IMG/VR virus record: IMGVR_UViG_3300035137_000026
Coordinates: 64,001 to 128,000 of that record
DNA length: 64,000 nt
Source of the DNA: a virus
Reading direction: 5' to 3' (one strand)
A program made the translations under genes and the position numbers. The notes under the pieces are model-generated. The model did not search any database. It saw only the letters and a list, made by a program, of their open reading frames with translations, and was not told where the DNA came from. Positions 1-6,811 of the stretch are shown in pieces (the stretch's first letter is position 1; the number at the start of each line of letters is the position of its first letter).

Positions 1-2
1 AA

Positions 3-1892
3 TTTGTCCGAGGCCCTCGGGGCACCACCTTCACCCAACCAGCTACCAAGCCACATCCTTTGAAACGAGCAAAAGGCTGGTGGAAGAAGCTCGGTACACG
101 AAAGAAACTCCTCTTTGGTGGCGCTGGTATTGTAGCAGCTACCCTGGCCTTTGGTGGCAAGGAAAACCATAATACTATTGAAGGGTTGCATCCATTCTCT
201 GATGGTATGGGTACTGAGATGCTCCGTGAAATCTCTGACTTCGGTTCTGGCTTTGTTGGTCTTCGTGGAATGCTGATAGGTGAGATTACTGCCATAATGA
301 GGGCAGGCCAGGAACAGATGTACAAGGAGGGTTTTGGAGCCTATCAGCTATATGAATGGGAGAGAACTAGAGGTGCTAGAGAGACTTTAAGCCGCTTTAC
401 CGAGCACAAGGAGAATCAGCTGAAGTTTCCTGCTATGGGTGATAGAACTAGCTTTGCTGCTCATATGAGAGGCGAAATTACTGAGTTTAAAGAAGACTTT
501 GCTTCTAGATGGGATCCTCTTAGAAAGCTGGCTACTAAGCTTTATGGCAAGACAAGCAATGATGCTCTTGAGACGTTAACAACTAGACCTGAGTTTAGGA
601 CTGCTGTAAGCACAGCTCTAAAGGGAGAAGGCAAGTTACTTGGGAGAGGTCAGATGGGTGAGGCTCGAGCTTATGTAGGAGAAATGGTTCTCGAAGGGCA
701 AAAACATAAGTTTGAGTTTGTGGCCAAGCGTACTTTGCAGCAAGGAGCCAGAACTGCTTCGGCTATCGAAAGAGAATCTGACCTTCTAGGTAAGTATGCT
801 GTGGCTGAGGCTCAAGCCATGAGAAAGCTTGGTGCTGAGCGGACACCATCTCTCTATGGTACAGGATTGTCTTTCTGTGTAGATAGAAACACACTTATCA
901 TGGAGAAGTTCCAGCTGACTAAGCCTCTAATAGAGACAAAGAAGATAAAACTACCGAGTGGTCTGGAAGTTACCAAGGATGTTGCAGAGAATCCACTATC
1001 AGCTGATGAGCTAGTAGACTTAAAGTCTTTCATGAAGTCAGCACACAAAAAGGGTATTACGCATACCGATATGCATGCTGACAACGTAGTTCGTGTTATC
1101 AATCCAGAAACAGGTAAAGCTGAAGTTGCTGTGCTTGACTGGGGTATGGCCAACAGGTTTGAAGCCGTTGGCGGAATTGGTGGCACGCAGGCTCATGTTA
1201 TGGAAACTGGCGCTGCGGCAGTACTCGAATCACTAGTATCCAGGAAACTTGGTCGACAGGTCGGAGCAACTGAGTTTTCACAAGTAGCTGATATGCTTAG
1301 GGTTGAGGCTCATGCTGTTGGCACTAAGGCTAGCAGATCTTCTCGTCAAGCAGTTAATGCTGTTTATCAGTTTGCTAACAAGCAAACCGAACTGAAAAAT
1401 GCTATTGACGAGTTGAACCACCTGAAACACTTGGCAGATGATACGTCTCCAGCATTCATCGACGCAGCTGAAAAAGCAGTAGTACAGAAGCAGGCTGCCA
1501 TGGATGAAGCCAGTAATCTTCTTCACGAGGTAGCTGATACTGTCTCTGGCTATATCCTCAAGGGCGAACGTGCACCATCTGTTGTCAGGAAAACAGTGGC
1601 AGATATCTTGCCTGATAATACTACTGGCTTGAAAAAAACTTTTGACAGGGTTGTTAAGCGAGAGGAGACTGCATATGCTCGGACTGAGCTGATGACAGCC
1701 ATGAGAGATACAGAAGTGGCTCCTGGTACTACAGCTTCGACAATGGCACTTAGAGCAAAGAAAGCTGCTGTTGAAAGAAACCGGAGATTTGAGGAACTTA
1801 CACGTAGAACTGTCGGTGCTGGGCTTAGAAAATCAGCTACTGCTACCAAGGGACACACTGACTTCGGATCAACTCGCTCGACAGTGGTTTAA
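3..1892 (+). CDS. Atypical Ser/Thr protein kinase-like protein (5'-truncated; possible virion cargo)
   Basis: The frame is open from nt 3 (FVRGPRGTTFTQPATKPHP-LKRAK...), so the TTG at 60 is not a proven start. Kinase motifs occur in order: Gly loop LLGRGQMGEA, VAK (K223 of the track ORF), alphaC Glu (AEAQAM), catalytic loop HTDMHADN, and DWG. Confidence 0.8.
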   Translation, partial: FVRGPRGTTFTQPATKPHPLKRAKGWWKKLGTRKKLLFGGAGIVAATLAFGGKENHNTIEGLHPFSDGMGTEMLREISDFGSGFVGLRGMLIGEITAIMRAGQEQMYKEGFGAYQLYEWERTRGARETLSRFTEHKENQLKFPAMGDRTSFAAHMRGEITEFKEDFASRWDPLRKLATKLYGKTSNDALETLTTRPEFRTAVSTALKGEGKLLGRGQMGEARAYVGEMVLEGQKHKFEFVAKRTLQQGARTASAIERESDLLGKYAVAEAQAMRKLGAERTPSLYGTGLSFCVDRNTLIMEKFQLTKPLIETKKIKLPSGLEVTKDVAENPLSADELVDLKSFMKSAHKKGITHTDMHADNVVRVINPETGKAEVAVLDWGMANRFEAVGGIGGTQAHVMETGAAAVLESLVSRKLGRQVGATEFSQVADMLRVEAHAVGTKASRSSRQAVNAVYQFANKQTELKNAIDELNHLKHLADDTSPAFIDAAEKAVVQKQAAMDEASNLLHEVADTVSGYILKGERAPSVVRKTVADILPDNTTGLKKTFDRVVKREETAYARTELMTAMRDTEVAPGTTASTMALRAKKAAVERNRRFEELTRRTVGAGLRKSATATKGHTDFGSTRSTVV

Positions 1893-1906
1893 TAACATAT
1901 TATAAT
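1878..1906 (+). promoter_or_regulatory. sigma70/sigmaA-like promoter TCGACA-N17-TATAAT
   Basis: -35 TCGACA at 1878-1883 (5/6 match), 17-nt spacer, -10 TATAAT at 1901-1906 (6/6), in an AT-rich intergenic stretch. An AGGAG SD follows before the ATG at 1943. Confidence 0.65.
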
Positions 1907-1942
1907 AAATACGTATAACTCTATCTAGGAGAGTGATCAAAT

Positions 1943-2407
1943 ATGGGATTTTTCGGAATGAGTATGCTGGGTAGAGCTGGCATTGGTGCTGTTGGTGGCG
2001 GTGTTCTAGGAGGTATGACCGAGGGCGGAAGTGTTCTTGGTGGTGCACTCGGCGGAGCTGCTGCTGGAGCAGCTATGACACCCGGTAATATCGGCCGGCT
2101 AAGAGGTCGTTTGGGTTCTGTTGCTGGCGCACTACGAGGCGGCTTAGGTCGAGCCGGTACTTTGTCTACCAGAATGGCTAATCGAGGTTTCGGCATGCTA
2201 GATGGTGGACCAATTGCTTCTAATCTAGGAGCGGGCATGGCCTTTGTGGGTCAGCGTGGTGCCGGCCTGGCAGGAAGAGCAGCTAGTTTTATCGGTCAGA
2301 ACTCGGTAGCCATCAACAAATATGGCCCAGCCGCCCTAGCTGGTTTGGGCATGGGCTCGATAGCTATGATTGGCTCTAGTGTCCTTGGTTCAAATAGGGG
2401 GTACTAA
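1943..2407 (+). CDS. Gly/Ala-rich small protein, paralog A (glycine-zipper-like)
   Basis: 154 aa with SD AGGAG. Repeated GxxxG segments. The C-terminus INKYGPAALAGLG...IGSSVLGSNRGY is shared with the next gene. Confidence 0.8.
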   Translation: MGFFGMSMLGRAGIGAVGGGVLGGMTEGGSVLGGALGGAAAGAAMTPGNIGRLRGRLGSVAGALRGGLGRAGTLSTRMANRGFGMLDGGPIASNLGAGMAFVGQRGAGLAGRAASFIGQNSVAINKYGPAALAGLGMGSIAMIGSSVLGSNRGY

Positions 2408-2824
2408 ATGGGCTTCTTTGGTAGGACATTAGCAGGAGCTGCTGGTGGTGCTATCATTGGTGGCACAACTACACAAAGTTGGGGTGGCGCTGGATATGGT
2501 GCTGCTTTTGGAGCTGGCACTGCAGGCATGGGTCCTATGGTTGGTCGTCGTATAATGGCTGGGCGCACAGGACCTGTGGGCATAGCAGCAAGCGGACTCG
2601 GTATGCTAGGCGATGCTGCTTTGCGTGGCACCTCTAGACTAGGTAACCGAACGCTGTTCAATGCTGCCAGAGGAATGGACAGAGGACTTACCCAGGCGGC
2701 TGCCTTCCTAGGGAAGAACCAAGTCTTCATCAATAAATATGGAGGTGCAGCTCTTCTTGGCCTGGGCACCGCAGCCAGCGCACACATTGGCTCGTCGGTA
2801 CTCGCATCTAATAGAGGCTACTAA
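2408..2824 (+). CDS. Gly/Ala-rich small protein, paralog B
   Basis: 138 aa; ATG immediately follows the previous TAA. Same MGFFG start and FINKYGGAALLGLG...IGSSVLASNRGY end as paralog A. Confidence 0.8.
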   Translation: MGFFGRTLAGAAGGAIIGGTTTQSWGGAGYGAAFGAGTAGMGPMVGRRIMAGRTGPVGIAASGLGMLGDAALRGTSRLGNRTLFNAARGMDRGLTQAAAFLGKNQVFINKYGGAALLGLGTAASAHIGSSVLASNRGY

Positions 2825-3591
2825 TGGCATATAACAACTGGTTCAATCAGAACCCGACACCTAATGCGGGTTATTTACAGCGAAGTATGTGGAATGCTCA
2901 TGTCTTCGGCAGACAGCAGTTTGCTAAGAGTTTTGCCAGAGGCGGTATTGCCGCTACTATGTTTGCCCCAACCAGGAAGGAAATGCTACTAAGTCCTTGG
3001 CGTCTGAAGCATGCTGAAGGGAGTTCGCAATATATTAACAATCTTAGGAAGTTACAGAAACTGCACCCCAATAATCCAGGAATCAATAAGGCTTTAGGGG
3101 CAGCTGAGAAGGGTGCAACTAGGGGGATAGGTCGTGGTTTAGCTGGTGGTGCTCTTGGAGCAGCCATGGTTGCAATGCCAGCATTTATGGAAGAAGGGCC
3201 TGCTCACGAGAAAGCTCGAGCTGTTACTAAGGGAATTGGTGGATTAGCTGGTTTTGCAGCTGGAGCCAAGGTTGGAGCTGGTGTGGGTGCTGTTGTTGGT
3301 AGTTATGTGCCAGTAATTGGTACTGCTATCGGTGCAGCTGTTGGCGCAATTGTTGGTGGTATTGGGGGATCAATGACTGGAGAGAGTGTAACTGATTTTC
3401 TAACTAGAATCCCAGACAGAATGGTCGATAGAGAGAGGGCTCGGCGTGGATTTAATTGGGGGCAGCACAAGGCTGCTTTCCAGACTCAGCGAGCGTATAC
3501 AATGAGACAGCAGTCTCTTGCTTTAATGAACAGAGGCGCTATGTCCTCTAGATCTCTCCTAGGCCAGGAGGCTATGTTTGTGCATAGATAG
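2824..3591 (+). CDS. Glycine-zipper-containing protein of unknown function
   Basis: 255 aa with TAATG overlap. Long GAxVGAxVG zipper (GAKVGAGVGAVVG...GTAIGAAVGAIVGGIGG) and C-terminal TQRAYTMRQQSL...SRSLLGQEA. Confidence 0.75.
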   Translation: MAYNNWFNQNPTPNAGYLQRSMWNAHVFGRQQFAKSFARGGIAATMFAPTRKEMLLSPWRLKHAEGSSQYINNLRKLQKLHPNNPGINKALGAAEKGATRGIGRGLAGGALGAAMVAMPAFMEEGPAHEKARAVTKGIGGLAGFAAGAKVGAGVGAVVGSYVPVIGTAIGAAVGAIVGGIGGSMTGESVTDFLTRIPDRMVDRERARRGFNWGQHKAAFQTQRAYTMRQQSLALMNRGAMSSRSLLGQEAMFVHR

Positions 3592-3594
3592 AAT

Positions 3595-5532
3595 ATGGTA
3601 GATACTCACGCAGAAGATGCTTATGCAGATTTAAAAGATGTCCACCTTCCGTTCGACTTAGATGAAGTTAACGAGGACTGTGTGGAGTGTGTCCGCAAGC
3701 AGCTTGATAAATACAAAAAGCATATGGATGAGAACAGTAGAAAGACCGAAGGTCGATTTGTTGTTCCATGCCGTGGCATTCCAAAAGACTACATCGATCC
3801 TATTCTGAAGGAGACTGTCAGCGAAGAAGTCTGGGAGGAAATGGAATCTGTAGTTGATATTGTTAAGTGGGCAGCTAAGTACTTGAAGCTTCCAACCGGC
3901 AACCCATGGATTGCTAGGTGGTATCAGGAGAAGGTTCTTAGATGCAGTTCTAGACGAAAGATGCTCCGTATTGCTCGACGAACTGGCAAGACTGATTTGG
4001 TTTGTGTAGAGATTTGCTACTACATGTTCACCGAGCCGAATATCAAGATTGTTGTAGCTGGGCCTCAGAAGTCACATACAGAAGAGATTATCACTAGAGT
4101 AAGAGGATTTATTCAGAGCAATCCTGCTCTCTCGAGTATGGTTACTCGTGACGTGTCTGCACCATGGTACGAAATTAAGCTTACCAATGGTGCTAGACTC
4201 AGAGGTTTTGCGGCTGGTACCAAGGGTAAAGGAGAGGGTGTAGGTATCCGTGGCCAGGATGCTGACAGACTTTATCTCGAGGAAATGGACTATGTTGACG
4301 AGAAGGCTATTACGGGTGCTGTAATTCCCATCCTACAGACAACACCTGATACAGCTCTAGTGGGTTTTTCCACGCCCTCAGGGTTCCAGACTCCGTACTT
4401 CAAGTTCTGTACGGACAATCCTCACTATATAGAATTCCACTACAACTACAAAGTCCTTCCGCACTGGAAGAATGTAGAGATGGAGAGGTCTTCATTTACG
4501 GAAGAGGACTGGACTCATGAGTACCTTGCAGAGTGGGGCTCTTCTGAGGAAGGCGTATACAAACCGGCTTATGTTGATGAGGCTCTGCAGACTTATGTAT
4601 ATGGTGATCATGTAAGAAGTCCATCATGGAGATATTGTATTGGTACCGACTGGAATGAGAAACATGGTACGGAAATTGTAGTTGTTGGCTACAATACGCT
4701 GAACGGACTTTATAAGGTCGTAGAATCTGTTCTGGTTCCTAAATCTGAATTCACACAACTGTCTGGTGTTCAGAAGCTAATTGAGATGAACAAGAAGTGG
4801 AGACCGTCCTTTATCTATATTGATGCTGGCAATGGGAGTACTAACTATGAGTTGCTACGTAAAACAGCCTATGAGCAGAGAACAAAGGATGGAGACAGAG
4901 ACACAGCTAGATTGTTAGACATCCTCAAGAAGTATGATGCTGGTTCCTCGCTGAAGATCAAGGATCCTATCACAGGGCAGGAAGTACGCTCACCAGCTAA
5001 ACCATTTATGGTGAATGCCTCTGTTAGAATGTTCGAGCAGAAACGAATCACTATCTCTGCCAACGATCAGGTTCTAGAAAAACAGCTGCGCAACTACATT
5101 ATCGATCGGATGACGCCCACCAAGGTGCCTGTATATGGTCTTGCTAACCCTACTGTTGGTGATCACCGTCTAGATGCACTCAATCTTGCACTGGTAGCGT
5201 TTCAGTTAGAATTTAATGACTTGCATACTGTGAATGTTCTTACTACTGTTGCCGCCGTTCCAGATCCAAGAACCAAGACCACGCACATGAGAGAAGATAC
5301 TAAGCTCTACAATAAAGAGCACCAGCCTTCTGATAGGCGTCTTGAAGAGGTTAATAGAAACTCGGTATTTGGTATAATGCCTGCAAGGCTAGATACTGTT
5401 CGAAGTACAGTCAAAACTAACCGTCCAGGTTGGGAGACAGACCAAGAGCCAGAGCGTTGGCAGCAATATTTGCAAAGAAAACGTAATAGGGGTACTGTAT
5501 CTAGAGGCCGACCCAGCCGCAGCAATTTCTAG
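3595..5532 (+). CDS. terL: Terminase large subunit
   Basis: Walker A IARRTGKT, Walker B-like ADRLYLEE, coupling motif GFSTP, nuclease-domain acidic motifs IGTDW, YIDAG and DHRLDAL. Lies upstream of the portal. Confidence 0.93.
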   Translation: MVDTHAEDAYADLKDVHLPFDLDEVNEDCVECVRKQLDKYKKHMDENSRKTEGRFVVPCRGIPKDYIDPILKETVSEEVWEEMESVVDIVKWAAKYLKLPTGNPWIARWYQEKVLRCSSRRKMLRIARRTGKTDLVCVEICYYMFTEPNIKIVVAGPQKSHTEEIITRVRGFIQSNPALSSMVTRDVSAPWYEIKLTNGARLRGFAAGTKGKGEGVGIRGQDADRLYLEEMDYVDEKAITGAVIPILQTTPDTALVGFSTPSGFQTPYFKFCTDNPHYIEFHYNYKVLPHWKNVEMERSSFTEEDWTHEYLAEWGSSEEGVYKPAYVDEALQTYVYGDHVRSPSWRYCIGTDWNEKHGTEIVVVGYNTLNGLYKVVESVLVPKSEFTQLSGVQKLIEMNKKWRPSFIYIDAGNGSTNYELLRKTAYEQRTKDGDRDTARLLDILKKYDAGSSLKIKDPITGQEVRSPAKPFMVNASVRMFEQKRITISANDQVLEKQLRNYIIDRMTPTKVPVYGLANPTVGDHRLDALNLALVAFQLEFNDLHTVNVLTTVAAVPDPRTKTTHMREDTKLYNKEHQPSDRRLEEVNRNSVFGIMPARLDTVRSTVKTNRPGWETDQEPERWQQYLQRKRNRGTVSRGRPSRSNF

Positions 5533-5540
5533 GAGGACTT

Positions 5541-6002
5541 ATGGGGCTTCACTTGTATTATAAAGAAGATGATGGCTTTGTTGAGATCACCGATACTGGA
5601 GATCTTACACAGCCACTAACAACAGTGCATGACGGGAAGACAGGGGACATCCAAACAGTTCAGGTCTATCTACGGAATGATGATAGCTCTAAGTGGTTTT
5701 CAAATGTTGTTATCAAGCCTGTAGACTTAGTAGATGCAAACCCATATGGAGATATTATCTATACAGAGACTGGCTGGGGTGTAAAACTTAGTAAAGGTTC
5801 AGAAGAGCCTACAAAGGGAGAATGGGAAGATATTGACTGGGGCGACTCGATCAACATGGACGATATTGGTGCTGATATTGGTGCTGATATAGCTACCTAT
5901 TATCCTTTCTGGTTTTTAATCACCTGTCCTCCGAACACGGATGCAAAAATCAAAACCGATATAGTGCTCAACGTAGCCTATACAGAGAATTCGGTAATAT
6001 AA
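5541..6002 (+). CDS. Hypothetical protein (acidic, beta-rich; probably structural)
   Basis: 153 aa; SD AGGAGG overlaps the previous stop; co-oriented in the head cluster. Confidence 0.75.
   Translation: MGLHLYYKEDDGFVEITDTGDLTQPLTTVHDGKTGDIQTVQVYLRNDDSSKWFSNVVIKPVDLVDANPYGDIIYTETGWGVKLSKGSEEPTKGEWEDIDWGDSINMDDIGADIGADIATYYPFWFLITCPPNTDAKIKTDIVLNVAYTENSVI
5862..5890 (+). repeat. 12-bp tandem repeat (GATATTGGTGCT x2 + GATAT) encoding DIGA-DIGA-DI
   Basis: Read directly: gatattggtgct gatattggtgct gatat. Confidence 0.8.
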
Positions 6003-6004
6003 CT

Positions 6005-6430
6005 ATGACGCAGCCAACAGTATCCAAACTAAGAGACTTGCTGAAGCCTCGAGATAGGCAGATTATTGATGCCACAGCTGGGACTAATTGGATACCCAAG
6101 AATCCTCGAGAGCTTATTTTGCCTTATACAGAGGAAGACGAGGAAGTAGATCGTACTTCTGTCGAATTCCGTCGCAAGAAGGCTAAGGAAGTCTACGACG
6201 GCTATGGTGTTCTTATCGAAGAGTGTCAACAGCTCGAAGAGGAGATCATTGAACAAAGTAAGGACGTCGAGGTTACTCTTAATCCCGCTACACATCTTCG
6301 GGTGATAGAGGCAGTACAGAGAGTATTTCCAGGATCTGATGGCAAGACGATTACCTTTGAGATGTATCAGAAATGCATCCAGGCGCTGGCAAAGGTAAGT
6401 AACGAAAACATCCCGAAGCCGTATAGGTGA
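6005..6430 (+). CDS. Hypothetical protein
   Basis: 141 aa, abuts both neighbours, coding-like composition. Confidence 0.7.
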   Translation: MTQPTVSKLRDLLKPRDRQIIDATAGTNWIPKNPRELILPYTEEDEEVDRTSVEFRRKKAKEVYDGYGVLIEECQQLEEEIIEQSKDVEVTLNPATHLRVIEAVQRVFPGSDGKTITFEMYQKCIQALAKVSNENIPKPYR

Positions 6431-6451
6431 GAACAATGGCAGGTGACAGTT

Positions 6452-6811
6452 ATGATGGTATTTAGTCCTATTAATGATCAGGCATATGATGAGGCAGCAA
6501 TACAGATAACATACTGTAAGTTGTTTCCCTTACTAACAGAGGATTTTCTTACACGACTAGATTCCAAAGAGATGATGTTGGCTTCTAACCTGATTGTGCA
6601 AACAGATGCTGGTCAGGCAGTTTCTACAACTGGTAGTCCAGTAGCACAATCTGGCTCAACTACTTCGCCTGGACAAGGTCGTGTTAATGCTACTTATCTG
6701 GGCGATTACAAGAAGCCTGGCACCTTGGGGCTTGAGCAAGAGAAGAAAGCTATTAAGGAGGCCGGAGGGCAGGTAACTGGTTCTGTCCTTGAGGCTGGAC
6801 TGGGTGAATAG
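6452..6811 (+). CDS. Hypothetical protein
   Basis: Track ORF is 6443-6811. The start is placed at ATG 6452 because AGGTGA (6441-6446) lies 5 nt upstream. Confidence 0.65.
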   Translation: MMVFSPINDQAYDEAAIQITYCKLFPLLTEDFLTRLDSKEMMLASNLIVQTDAGQAVSTTGSPVAQSGSTTSPGQGRVNATYLGDYKKPGTLGLEQEKKAIKEAGGQVTGSVLEAGLGE

